Counted from the first letter of the stretch, positions 1 through 9,203 are shown. The stretch: 64,000 nucleotides of DNA from an uncultured Thiotrichales bacterium (GCA_903881315.1 CAIRSR010000113.1:4693-68692); one strand, 5' to 3'. Program-made: numbers and translations. Notes: a model not told the origin generated them from the letters alone.

Positions 1-1
1 T

Positions 2-916
2 GAACTCTTGTTGTGCAGCGCCGATGTGGCTGACGAGGCGGCGATGAGTGACGTATTCAGCGCTGCCGAGGTGCGATTTGGTGCTATTCATGGCGTCATC
101 CATGCTGCCGGGCTGGTTGGTGAACACTCGTTTGTGACCCTAAGCGATGCCTTGAGCCGAGCGGATGCTAACGGGCGACAGTTCCCGGCGAAGGTAACCG
201 GCACCGAGGTGTTGGCGAACCTGCTTTTGCCGCGCTCCTTTGATTTTTGTCTCGTCTGTTCTTCGCTATCGCCGCTACTGGGTGGGCTAGGTTTTGCTGC
301 CTATGCCGCGACCAACCTCTATGTGGATGCGCGGGTGGCGGGGCTTAACCAGCGCCAACCCGGGCGTTGGCTCTCGGTCAACTGGGAAGGCTGGATGTTT
401 GCTGAGGAGGAACGGCCAAAAGGGCTTACCAGCAGTGCCGGTGCTCTGGAGCTGGGGATGACGCCACGCGAGGGGTGTGAAGCGTTCGCTCGTCTCATGG
501 CAAGCCCGTCATTAGAGCGAGTCGTTATCTCGAGTGGCGACCTACAGCGGCGGCTGGCCCAATGGGTGGAGCGCAAGACCGAGACGACCGCTGCTGCCCG
601 ACCAGCAAGCGGCCATAGCCGTCCTGATCTACTAGGGGAGTATACGGCTCCTCGTGGCGCGACCGAGCAGCGATTGGTAACGCTCTGGGAACAACTGCTG
701 GGTATCGACGGCATTGGTGTTGAGGATAGTTTCTTTGAACTTGGCGGTAACTCGTTGTTACTGACCCAATTGGTGGCAATGATGCGCCGTACCTTTCAGG
801 TCGAGTTGGCGCTGGGAGAACTCTTTGGGCAACCGACCGTGGCGGCCATTGCGACCCTGATCGAACGGGCCAGCGCCGGTGCGGCGGATGAGGAACGCGA
901 GGAAGGATTACTGTAA
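2..916 (+). CDS. 3' end of an upstream PKS/NRPS megasynthase (open at window edge): C-terminal part of a ketoreductase domain plus an NRPS-style carrier domain
   Basis: The frame is open from nt 2. SDR/KR-like strings are present: CSADVADEAAM..FGAIHGVIHAAG, FPAKV, CSSLSP, AAYAATN. Carrier motif FFELGGNSLLLTQLV lies at nt 731-775. The C-terminal tail is acidic (EEREEGLL). Same strand as the downstream PKS genes. Confidence 0.8.
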   Translation, partial: ELLLCSADVADEAAMSDVFSAAEVRFGAIHGVIHAAGLVGEHSFVTLSDALSRADANGRQFPAKVTGTEVLANLLLPRSFDFCLVCSSLSPLLGGLGFAAYAATNLYVDARVAGLNQRQPGRWLSVNWEGWMFAEEERPKGLTSSAGALELGMTPREGCEAFARLMASPSLERVVISSGDLQRRLAQWVERKTETTAAARPASGHSRPDLLGEYTAPRGATEQRLVTLWEQLLGIDGIGVEDSFFELGGNSLLLTQLVAMMRRTFQVELALGELFGQPTVAAIATLIERASAGAADEEREEGLL

Positions 917-1385
917 CAATTCTTTGTGGAAAAATTAACCGACGGCTTAGCAACCGGTCGTCGGTGTCTTCTCCGTAGCAAAATTGTCATACGGCGTGTT
1001 TTCTCGGGTTCCCAAATAGTAAATGCCTCTGTATCAACGTGTTACTGCTTGAGGGTGGAACCTTTGTGGAATATGTACAGAGAGGGAAATGATGGCGCAT
1101 AAAAAGGGTCGGATTGACAGGGTCTATTGATGAGAAGACAATGGGCGTGCCCTGGTGCAGGTTGTGTACCCTGTTGGTATGGGTTTTTACTACCGTATCT
1201 TTCTCTGGTTCTGGTTATTCTAATGTCGGCAGTGCGACACAAGATCGTGGTACAAAACGACGCTGGTTTGTCCCGGTAAGAATTGGGAAAACCCTATCAG
1301 AACAGCATGTTGCTGTGATGTTCTGCGAGGGGGTTGCCCCGGCGTTCCCTGTGTGGCACTACCCTAAATTTGAGGCGGGAAACTA

Positions 1386-1943
1386 ATGACTACTGACGTT
1401 CAAGATCAAGATATGAAACACCAAGAAGCTGATAGCATCATCCGTAATTATGCGATTGGTTCGATGGTGCCGAGTCTGTTGCCAGTTCCTATGCTCGATT
1501 TGGCCGTGGTGACTGGTGTGCAGTTGAAGATGATCCACAGCCTCACGCAGATCTACGGCGTTCCCTTCAAAAAGGAGCTGGCGCGTTCGGCGATGGCCTC
1601 GCTTTTGGGTGGGACGGTGGCGCTGTCGGTTGCGCGTGTGGCGTCGAGTGCTATCAAGGCATTTCCCATTGTTGGTTCGATGGTTGGTGCCTTGAGTATG
1701 CCGGTCGTTAATGGCGGTTCGACCTACGCCATTGGCAAGGTGTTTGAACAGCATTTTGAGGCGGGTGGCACCTTGCTGTCCTTCGATCCTATTCAGATGC
1801 GAGAGTATTTTAAGCAGCAGTTTGAGGAAGGGAAGAAGGTGGTTGCTGCTGCTGCTGCCGATGCCCCTGCCGCTGCTGCGCCGGCGGCCAACGATAAGGC
1901 CGCTCCGGTTGATGCGAAGGCTGCCAAGGTCGGTAAGGCATAG
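1386..1943 (+). CDS. Small DUF697-like (YcjF-type) membrane-associated protein with an Ala/Pro/Lys-rich C-terminal tail
   Basis: ATG follows GAGGCGGGA. The core VPMLDLAVVTGVQLKMIHSLTQIYGVPF..GGTVALSVARVASSAIKAFPIVG resembles the C-terminal regions of the two GTPases at 48328-51367. The tail is low-complexity (AAAAADAPAAAAPAANDKAAPVDAKAAKVGKA). Confidence 0.6.
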   Translation: MTTDVQDQDMKHQEADSIIRNYAIGSMVPSLLPVPMLDLAVVTGVQLKMIHSLTQIYGVPFKKELARSAMASLLGGTVALSVARVASSAIKAFPIVGSMVGALSMPVVNGGSTYAIGKVFEQHFEAGGTLLSFDPIQMREYFKQQFEEGKKVVAAAAADAPAAAAPAANDKAAPVDAKAAKVGKA

Positions 1944-2110
1944 TGGGATAATGATACGGTTTCTCGACCAGGATCCCTCTCCTCGGAGAGGTTCCTGCGA
2001 GAAATCGTATTATGGGTAGGGAGCATTCTGCCCTAACGGGTGGGTGCGGGATGGTGGAAGAGGGGCGTGATGAATGGACGACAACCTAAATTTGCTGTGT
2101 GTGGCAGTGT

Positions 2111-3787
2111 ATGAAAAAGCTGATTAATTTCTATATTAACGAGTCAGACGCGCCTAAGGGCAGAATATGGTTCATGGCGTCTATTTCGGGCGTTGCCAAT
2201 GCAGTACTGCTTGCGATTATCAATTTTGCCGCTTCGCAGATTGCTAATCGGGCGTTAGAAGAAAAATTTTTTATAATGTATTTGGTTGGTCTGCTATTGT
2301 TTGTCTATGCGCAACGCTACGCATTGACACAGACGACGATGGCGGTAGAGTCTCTGATCAGGAAGATCCGTTTGCGTCTTGTGAATAAGATCAGAAATGC
2401 TGATTTGCGGTTTATGGAAGCACAGGATCCGGCTTCTTTCTATCGACCGATTACTGAGGATAGTAATGCGATATCGTTTGCCGCTTTGGTGTTGGTGATA
2501 GGTTCGCAGTCTGTGATTATGCTGATCGCGGTGATTATCTACCTTAGTTTTCTTTCTACGGTGAGTTTGTTCGTTTGTTTTGGTTTTACTGTCATTGCTT
2601 TGTCGATCTATGCCGAGCACCACAAAAAGGTTAGGATGAAGCTTGAATCCGCCTATAAGAAGGAAACCGAGGTCTTTAGTGCTATTTCTTCGGTGCTGAA
2701 TGGTTTTAAAGAACTAAAGGTGAATCGTCGGAAAAGTGATAAGCTTTTTCAGTACATCAGTAATTCCTCTGATGAATATCGAAAAATGAAGGTTGATGCG
2801 AACTTGCATCTCATCTTCGATTCAATGTTTTCGCAGGTATCGTTCTATACCTTGCTGGTGGTTTTAGTTTTTATTGTGCCAATGTTTGATGAAGCCCAGT
2901 CGGGTAATGTCTTTAAGATATGCGCAACGATATTTTTCATCATGGGGCCGATCAACAGCCTCGTGAACGCATTTCCGATGTTGGCAAAGGTCAATGTCAC
3001 TGTCCAAGAGATCTATGCCTTAGAAGCGCGTCTGGATGAGATGGCAAAACATACCAAGGAGGTTGATCAGCAGGGAAAATTGCAGCCGCTTCCGCTGGCG
3101 AGTGAGATTGGCTTTAAGGACGTGAAGTTTTCATATCGAGACGATAGTGGTCGCGTGTTGTTTGGTGTTGGGCCGATTAATCTAACCCTGCACAAGGGTG
3201 AGACCATCTTTATCATTGGTGGGAATGGCAGTGGCAAGTCGACTTTGTTAAAGCTGTTGTGCGGGCTTTATCACCAAGATGAGGGGAGTATTACGGTAGA
3301 TGGGCGGCGGATAGATGAGTTGAACATTCAACGCTACCGAGAGATGTTTTCTATCATATTCACTGACTTTTACCTGTTCGATCGGTTGTACGGATTGGAG
3401 CATGTGGACGAGCAGCGACTCAACGAGTTGCTGCGGATGATGGAGTTAGATGAAAAAACCAGGTACATCAATGGTCGGTTTACTAACCGTAATCTATCAA
3501 CGGGACAACGGAAACGGCTTGCGTTTATTGTTGCGGTCTTAGAGAACAGGCCGGTTTGTATCTTTGACGAGCTAGCTGCCGATCAGGATCCGCAGTTCCG
3601 GAAGAATTTCTATCAAACCATTCTGCCGCAGTTGCGACAGGAGGGGCGCGTGATCGTGGCGGCTACTCATGATGATAAGTATTTCCACTGTGCTGACCGT
3701 GTATTAAAAATGGATCTGGGGCAGTTGGCACCATATGATGTTAGCGAAGGTGACGTGGTTCGAGAAAATCTTAAACGGGATACTTGA
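2111..3787 (+). CDS. ABC transporter, fused permease/ATPase, cyclic-peptide/siderophore exporter type (SyrD/PvdE/YojI-like)
   Basis: N-terminal multi-TM region. Walker A GGNGSGKST, signature LSTGQRKRLAF, Walker B IFDELAADQD, H-loop ATHDD. ATG at 2111 is preferred; GTG at 2099 is also in frame. Visibly AT-richer than the PKS genes. Confidence 0.85.
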   Translation: MKKLINFYINESDAPKGRIWFMASISGVANAVLLAIINFAASQIANRALEEKFFIMYLVGLLLFVYAQRYALTQTTMAVESLIRKIRLRLVNKIRNADLRFMEAQDPASFYRPITEDSNAISFAALVLVIGSQSVIMLIAVIIYLSFLSTVSLFVCFGFTVIALSIYAEHHKKVRMKLESAYKKETEVFSAISSVLNGFKELKVNRRKSDKLFQYISNSSDEYRKMKVDANLHLIFDSMFSQVSFYTLLVVLVFIVPMFDEAQSGNVFKICATIFFIMGPINSLVNAFPMLAKVNVTVQEIYALEARLDEMAKHTKEVDQQGKLQPLPLASEIGFKDVKFSYRDDSGRVLFGVGPINLTLHKGETIFIIGGNGSGKSTLLKLLCGLYHQDEGSITVDGRRIDELNIQRYREMFSIIFTDFYLFDRLYGLEHVDEQRLNELLRMMELDEKTRYINGRFTNRNLSTGQRKRLAFIVAVLENRPVCIFDELAADQDPQFRKNFYQTILPQLRQEGRVIVAATHDDKYFHCADRVLKMDLGQLAPYDVSEGDVVRENLKRDT

Positions 3788-4509
3788 CGGTGAATGGTAT
3801 TGGTACCACTCTTTTTGCGTTGCCGTATGCTGGTGGTCATTCGCTGGTCTACCGTAATCTGCAGCCGCTATTGAGTCCCGTCGTGACCCTGAAGGCGATC
3901 GATCCGCCGGGTCGTGGTCGGCGTAGCCGCGAGCCTTTGATTACGGATATGGAGGAAATGGCTGATGATATATTTCTGCAGGTCAAGGATGAATTAGTCG
4001 ATAAACCGTATGCGGTGTTTGGTCATAGCATGGGTTCGCTGCTGGCCTATCTGTTGACGAGGCGGATAGCTGCGGCTGCATTACCGCTGCCAAAGCAGTT
4101 GTTCTGTAGTGGTCGTGGGGCACCGTCGGTGCCGGCGGCGGAGATCCTGACGCCGCCGCCGAAACACACCCTGCCATCGGCAGCTTTCTGGGCCTACATC
4201 GACAGTCTTGGTGGGGTGCCCCCTGAGTTAAAAGAACATCGTGAACTCATGGACTATTTTGAGCCGGTGTTGCGGGCTGACATCAAGGCGCTGGAGTGTT
4301 ATCAATACCGTGAGGCGGCGCAAACGCTGGGGGTTCCGCTGACGGTGTTCTACGGCCTGGATGACAAAGAGATTAGTAGCGCATCGCTGTTGCCGTGGCG
4401 ATATGAGAGCGCGTCGGGCGTGACGTTTATTCCATTGTCAGGTGGTCACTTCGGAATCTTTGATCAGTTGCCGATGGTGGCGCAGTTGCTTTTGAAGAGA
4501 TTGGCGTGA
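3784..4509 (+). CDS. Type II (editing) thioesterase, GrsT/TEII family
   Basis: LFALPYAGGHSLVYRNL, nucleophile elbow GHSMGS, C-terminal GGHFGIF. The start (TTG 3784 or GTG 3790) overlaps the ABC stop codon, which implies an operon. Confidence 0.85.
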   Translation: MTVNGIGTTLFALPYAGGHSLVYRNLQPLLSPVVTLKAIDPPGRGRRSREPLITDMEEMADDIFLQVKDELVDKPYAVFGHSMGSLLAYLLTRRIAAAALPLPKQLFCSGRGAPSVPAAEILTPPPKHTLPSAAFWAYIDSLGGVPPELKEHRELMDYFEPVLRADIKALECYQYREAAQTLGVPLTVFYGLDDKEISSASLLPWRYESASGVTFIPLSGGHFGIFDQLPMVAQLLLKRLA

Positions 4510-4840
4510 TACCAAGGTTGTTTGGCGATTTAGGATTGGCCTGACAGTGAGAGTTTCAGTCCGGTACTGTGGGTTTACTCACGGATGTCGAGATCGTTTG
4601 AGTACCGTTGTGGGAGAACTTTGCAAATTAAATTTTGTAATGCCATTGTGGCGACTTTTGGGTGCTGTAATCGGCGCGTTGGCCGGAAGAAAGGCGTTAG
4701 GGTTTGGTAAACACCAGTGTTCTCATTGGTGGTTCGCATACAGTACCCTCGGCCTTTTCCAATTAGCAGAACCCCATGGGTGAGCGGTGGCTAACGTAAC
4801 ATCCCGAGAACTTTCACCCTTTTACTCACAGGAGAGGGAA

Positions 4841-5407
4841 ATGGTTGTAGGTAATAAGATTCCAAATCAGCGTGGAGCAACACTGTGGTTTACTGGATTG
4901 TCCGGTGCAGGGAAGAGCACAATTGCCATGCATCTTGAGCAACAGTTGGCGGATCGCAATCATCTGGTGCGCGTGTTAGACGGTGATCATGTGCGTAATG
5001 GTTTGAATAAGGGGCTCGGGTTTTCTGCGCAGGATCGTGCGGAAAACATTCGTCGTATTTCAGAGGTAGCGAAACTCTTTGCGGATACCGGATTGATTAC
5101 TGTCGTGAGTGTCATTTCGCCCTATCGGGCCGATCGGGCAGCCGCACGAGTGATACATAATGAGGGGAAACTGCCTTTCCTGGAGGTATATCTATCGACT
5201 CCGATTGAGACCTGTGAGCAGCGCGATCCAAAGGGTTTGTACCGAAAGGCCCGGGCAGGAGAGATCAAGAATTTCACGGGTATTGATGACCCCTATGAGG
5301 TTCCCGAGTCGCCCGACATTACCATCGATACTACATTCCTCTCTCTTAGCGAGTGCTCCCTTGTGCTCATTGATGTATTGGCGCAGCGTGGTGTGATTAC
5401 CTCCTGA
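4841..5407 (+). CDS. cysC: Adenylylsulfate (APS) kinase
   Basis: P-loop WFTGLSGAGKSTIA, LDGDHVRNGLNKGLGFS..DRAENIRR, ISPYR, KGLYRKARAGEIKNFTGIDDPYE. ATG 4841 is preceded by GGAGAGGG. The ORF track extends to GTG 4787. Confidence 0.9.
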   Translation: MVVGNKIPNQRGATLWFTGLSGAGKSTIAMHLEQQLADRNHLVRVLDGDHVRNGLNKGLGFSAQDRAENIRRISEVAKLFADTGLITVVSVISPYRADRAAARVIHNEGKLPFLEVYLSTPIETCEQRDPKGLYRKARAGEIKNFTGIDDPYEVPESPDITIDTTFLSLSECSLVLIDVLAQRGVITS

Positions 5408-5477
5408 GTGATAACTCGCCGTTCTGGGGGAGATCCCCCTAGGTATTGCTAACGATTTTTGCGTTAGCGTACCTGAT

Positions 5478-5509
5478 CGCCCCATCAAGCAGTAGTCCTT
5501 GATGGGGCG
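5478..5509. terminator. Strong hairpin between convergent cysC and the CPBP gene (candidate bidirectional terminator)
   Basis: Perfect 12-bp stem: cgccccatcaag (5478-5489), 8-nt loop, cttgatggggcg (5498-5509). A second 7-bp hairpin gctaacg/cgttagc lies at about 5447-5467. Confidence 0.5.
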
Positions 5510-5608
5510 GGATGACTCTAAGTAGTGGTTGCCGTCCCTTTGGGGTTGAAGAATTTGCTGTCGCGTCTGTCTCAATGAAATTGTGGGTAGTTGAGTGGCC
5601 ATCCATCG

Positions 5609-6031
5609 CTACCACAATAGTCCGAGATTGTAATAACTGTGTAGCAGTATGGCGGGTAATAGCAGGGAGTAACGCTCTCTGAAATATCCAAATACTAGGC
5701 CAGGAAAAAAGGTTAATAGATCGAATGCAGCACTGTGGTGGATCGCATGGGCACCGCCAAAAAGCGCGGCAGTGATCAGATTAGCAAGACTTATTGCGCC
5801 ATACTGGATTTTTCCAACGGTGGTGCGCAGTAGCGCCCCTTGTAGGGTGCCGCGAAAGGCGAACTCCTCGACAAGGGGAGCTACGAGCAATAACATCCAC
5901 CAAGATGTCGCAGGTCGTGAACCCAGCGCGGAAAGGATCAACCAAGCTGGCAGTGGTAGGAGCAGCGCTAGTCCGAATTGCGTATCCATCCACCAACAGA
6001 GTGGTTTTGCGGCTATTTGATGGGTGCTCAT
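5609..6031 (-). CDS. Short CPBP-family (CAAX/Abi) intramembrane glutamic protease
   Basis: 140 aa and hydrophobic. Motif 1 is EEFAFRG, motif 2 is FGGAHAIHH, and the distal motif is LLHSYYN. The small size resembles sorting-system-associated mini-CPBPs. No cognate substrate is visible. Confidence 0.75.
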   Translation of the reverse strand: MSTHQIAAKPLCWWMDTQFGLALLLPLPAWLILSALGSRPATSWWMLLLVAPLVEEFAFRGTLQGALLRTTVGKIQYGAISLANLITAALFGGAHAIHHSAAFDLLTFFPGLVFGYFRERYSLLLPAILLHSYYNLGLLW

Positions 6032-6247
6032 GGTTCGCTCATGATGACGAGGATTGGGTAGTTGCCGTTGCCTTGCCGGCGGGGATTCGTGGTAAAGCGC
6101 CGCATGTTACGCGATTACGCAGGGAACCAATCTTGTTGGTGGTGCAGAAGATGATTTACTATACTCTGTTGTTACTTTCGTCGTGCGCTGGTTGTGTGGT
6201 TCAGAAAAGATACTATGTTTCCGATGTATTAGGAATTCGAGTGGCTA

Positions 6248-7237
6248 TTGGGTATGACCAACGTAGAACCAATTCAAGATAACCAAATGACTAATGATAT
6301 CGCTGCCACGCAGGTAGATGTCCAGACCTCCGCTACGGCTGAGGGCGGAGAAACGTCTGAACAGGTGTCCGCGCCGAAAAAGGGCAGGTCGGGCTGGCAT
6401 CCGATCCGGCGTATGAAAAGCGCGTTTAGGGACAAAAAACCCCTGTTGATAGTTTTATTTCTTATCTTCATCATTGTATTTTTGTTCTTTTTTAATCGTA
6501 TCGTGATTACTGTGGGCCCAGGTCAGGTTGGCGTTTTGTATCACCGACTAACTACTGGTACGCAGACGGATTATGTATATCCAGAAAAGGTACACTTCAT
6601 TTGGCCGTGGGATAACATGTATGTCTACAATGTGCGGGTTCAGACGATTCCCCAGCAGCTTACCGTGCTGACGAATAAGGGACTACCCATTACGCTCAAT
6701 CTTTCTATACGCTTCCGTCCCGAATACGATATGGTGGGTGTTCTCCATCAGAGTGTCGGGCCTGATTATGTCAATCTGATTATTGTCCCGAAGATTGAGT
6801 CTGTGTTGCGTAGGAAAATTGGTCAACTGAATCCTGAAGACGTCTATACGAACAAAGAGGGCGTATTGACCAATATTTTGTCGTTGGCGATCGATGAAGT
6901 GATGCAAGATTATATCGTGGTTGAGGATATCATTATTCGGAGCATGACGTTACCCGATACTATCGCTCAGGCAATCGAAGCAAAATTGACCGAGGAGCAG
7001 TTGCTAGAGAAGTACGAATTCACTTTGCAGGTTGCCCAGAAGGAAGCAGAGCGGAAACGTATTGAAGCGGGTGGAATCAGAGATTATCAAACCGTTGTTA
7101 AGTCATCCCTGAACGATCAATTTATTCGTTGGCAGGGGGTACAGGCGACGCAAGAGATCGCGAAGTCTAATAACGCCAAGGTTGTCGTTATTGGTTCCGG
7201 TAAGGAAGGTATACCAGTTATCTTAGGTAATCAATAA
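6248..7237 (+). CDS. SPFH/band-7 (prohibitin-like) membrane protein
   Basis: One N-terminal TM (LLIVLFLIFIIVFLFFF), then a PHB-like core (VGPGQVGVLY..., IVPKIESVLRRKIG, IIIRSMTLPDTIAQAIEAK) and a coiled coil (QKEAERKRIEAGG). The true start may be an internal Met (e.g. 6287). Confidence 0.8.
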   Translation: MGMTNVEPIQDNQMTNDIAATQVDVQTSATAEGGETSEQVSAPKKGRSGWHPIRRMKSAFRDKKPLLIVLFLIFIIVFLFFFNRIVITVGPGQVGVLYHRLTTGTQTDYVYPEKVHFIWPWDNMYVYNVRVQTIPQQLTVLTNKGLPITLNLSIRFRPEYDMVGVLHQSVGPDYVNLIIVPKIESVLRRKIGQLNPEDVYTNKEGVLTNILSLAIDEVMQDYIVVEDIIIRSMTLPDTIAQAIEAKLTEEQLLEKYEFTLQVAQKEAERKRIEAGGIRDYQTVVKSSLNDQFIRWQGVQATQEIAKSNNAKVVVIGSGKEGIPVILGNQ

Positions 7238-8803
7238 ATGATACGCTGGATTCTTATTGGTATCGCTGTCGTGGTTGCTTACCAGGTTGTGATGGCGAGC
7301 TTTGATAATGTATACGTGGCCGCAACGAACCGTATGGAGTACAACCGATCTTCCAATTCCCTTGATAGATGTATTGCGATTAGCAAGAAACCGGACTTCT
7401 TGGAAACACTGAACCATTGCCAGACCTTTCTGAAAAACGCGAGCTGTAAACTATTGCCCGAGTCTAGTCCGGGCTGTATCGCCTTCCTCAGTGCGCCCTC
7501 TTACCAGAGTGATAATAATTTCTGTCTTAACTGGTCGTCACAGATGACGAAGTGCAGAAGGGCGGTGAGTGATAGCCTTGCGTATGGCCCGATCATGGAC
7601 GCATTGGATAGTGACTTCGTAAAAAATCTTTCAAAAATGACCGGCTATCCCCTTGGGTCGATCCTAGGGGATCTGTTCTCGTTTCATGGCGTAAAGGTTA
7701 GCGATCCCTGGTTTAAGCATATTGATCAGCTTGATCAGGATGTCGTCAAAAATATCTACATCGCTACCATTGGCCCTGCCAATCTCGAACTGGATTTCTT
7801 TCGTGGTGTCGAGCTAGCCAGTCAGCGGTTGAACAAGAACGGTGGTGTGCGCGGCCATCAGGTTAAACTCGTGCGGAACATTGATGATGGTACGCCAGGT
7901 TGGAACCGCGAAAAAGTAAATGAGATCATCAGAAACAAAAGGATAGTCGCGGTTATCAATCGCCAAAACTCTGAGACAACCAAACCATTGACGATGCTCT
8001 TTGAGAATGGCGGACTCCTTGATTTCATCGTCTCGGCATCTAATGTCAGTATCATCCTGCCGAATATGCAGTACAATTTCCGGACACATCCAGACAATGT
8101 TCAACTGTCAGTAGCGTTGGCTAAGTTTTGTCGGGATAGTGGCCGTAAATCCATGGCGATGGTAACTGCACTAGACCCCTATTCGAAGGAGGTTAGCCAT
8201 GCGTTTTATAATGCGGCGCTAGATGTTGGTATCCGCATACCCTACACCAAGGTGTTTTATGGCGAACAGGTGGATTTTACAAGTATCATCAACGACATTA
8301 AGCACAAGGGGGTTGAGGCCTTGTTTCTGGCGGGGACGCGCAACTCCAGCGTTGATTTCGTCAAACAGTGTCGGCGGTTTGGTCTAACGATCCCCATCTA
8401 TGGTTCTAAGACGCTTGAGAACAGTGACTTTGTCATTCGGACGGGTGCTGCCGCAAATGGTATTGTTGTTCCGTCTATCTACAATGAAACACTGACCCAC
8501 CAAGAAAATGTCGATTTTATCGCTGCCTATCGTAGACAATACGGCGAAGCGCCGACTACCTGGGCGATGCAAGGTTATGATGCGATGAATATTATTGCCC
8601 GTGCCATAAAAAATGCGGATTCAACCGAGCCACTGAAGGTTGCCTCGGTGATGCGCTACAAAGGCATGTGGTCGGGAGCGGGCGGTTCGTTCCATTTTGC
8701 TGAAGACGGTCAGGTGGAGGGGCGCCAGATCTTCTTCAAGGAGATTAGGAACGGAGACTTTGTGCTGGTCAAAAATGGGGATGCTGCCGTTGTGAAGAAT
8801 TAG
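7238..8803 (+). CDS. Membrane-anchored protein: Cys-rich N-terminal domain fused to a type-1 periplasmic binding (LivK/Peripla_BP_6-like) domain
   Basis: The ATG abuts the SPFH stop codon (TAAATG). N-terminal TM segment. About 170 aa carry 7 Cys. The C-terminal roughly 340 aa are LivK-like (GVELA..LNKNGGVRGHQVKLV..DDG; WAMQGYDAMNIIARAIK). Confidence 0.7.
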   Translation: MIRWILIGIAVVVAYQVVMASFDNVYVAATNRMEYNRSSNSLDRCIAISKKPDFLETLNHCQTFLKNASCKLLPESSPGCIAFLSAPSYQSDNNFCLNWSSQMTKCRRAVSDSLAYGPIMDALDSDFVKNLSKMTGYPLGSILGDLFSFHGVKVSDPWFKHIDQLDQDVVKNIYIATIGPANLELDFFRGVELASQRLNKNGGVRGHQVKLVRNIDDGTPGWNREKVNEIIRNKRIVAVINRQNSETTKPLTMLFENGGLLDFIVSASNVSIILPNMQYNFRTHPDNVQLSVALAKFCRDSGRKSMAMVTALDPYSKEVSHAFYNAALDVGIRIPYTKVFYGEQVDFTSIINDIKHKGVEALFLAGTRNSSVDFVKQCRRFGLTIPIYGSKTLENSDFVIRTGAAANGIVVPSIYNETLTHQENVDFIAAYRRQYGEAPTTWAMQGYDAMNIIARAIKNADSTEPLKVASVMRYKGMWSGAGGSFHFAEDGQVEGRQIFFKEIRNGDFVLVKNGDAAVVKN

Positions 8804-9072
8804 ACCGATGATGGGTCTCGGTCGGTTCTAGAGAATGCAGGTTGGGCGCTGATTTTGGGTTGTGTGTTCGGTAGCTTTCATCGCTGTTCACCCAGAAATC
8901 AGCGAGTCGAATGATTGCGATTAGGAAGATGTAATGGCAACGGGGGTTTCCTCTTGGTAAGGCCCTCTCTTTTTCTTAAATTCTTTCGCTGCCTTGGGGG
9001 TTCGTAGCATCTGGGTGCATCATGTGCTGATTGCTACGGTACGTTTCCTATAGATACCAGAGATCGCCGGAG

Positions 9073-9168
9073 TTGTCGGGCGCAAATACGGCAGGCATAG
9101 GGACAATGGTTCTCGGCGTCCTCACTTCGGGTATGTCTTGCCAATAAGGTAGGCACTGCGCCCGACAA
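9073..9168 (+). promoter_or_regulatory. 12-bp perfect inverted repeat in the leader just upstream of PKS1
   Basis: ttgtcgggcgca (9073-9084) and tgcgcccgacaa (9157-9168), 72-nt spacer, ending 36 nt before the ATG at 9204. Function unknown. Confidence 0.3.
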
Positions 9169-9203
9169 ACCACGCAAACTACTTTCACGGTATTGTTGAA
9201 GTC

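Noticed and set aside
1114-1386. 90-aa ORF ending at the start of the DUF697 gene, and the antisense 66-aa ORF at 1042-1242.
   Set aside because: No motif and an odd Cys/Trp-rich composition in the 470-nt gap downstream of the upstream megasynthase gene. There is not enough support to call a gene.
4547-4783. 78-aa ORF between the TEII gene and cysC.
   Set aside because: No RBS, Cys/Trp/Arg-rich and no similarity to anything I recognise. The real cysC start with a good RBS is at 4841.
5772-6282. Plus-strand ORFs 5772-6020 and 5794-6282 overlapping the CPBP protease gene.
   Set aside because: The minus-strand frame carries the diagnostic CPBP motifs (EEFAFRG, FGGAHAIHH). The plus-strand frames are Arg-rich antisense artefacts.
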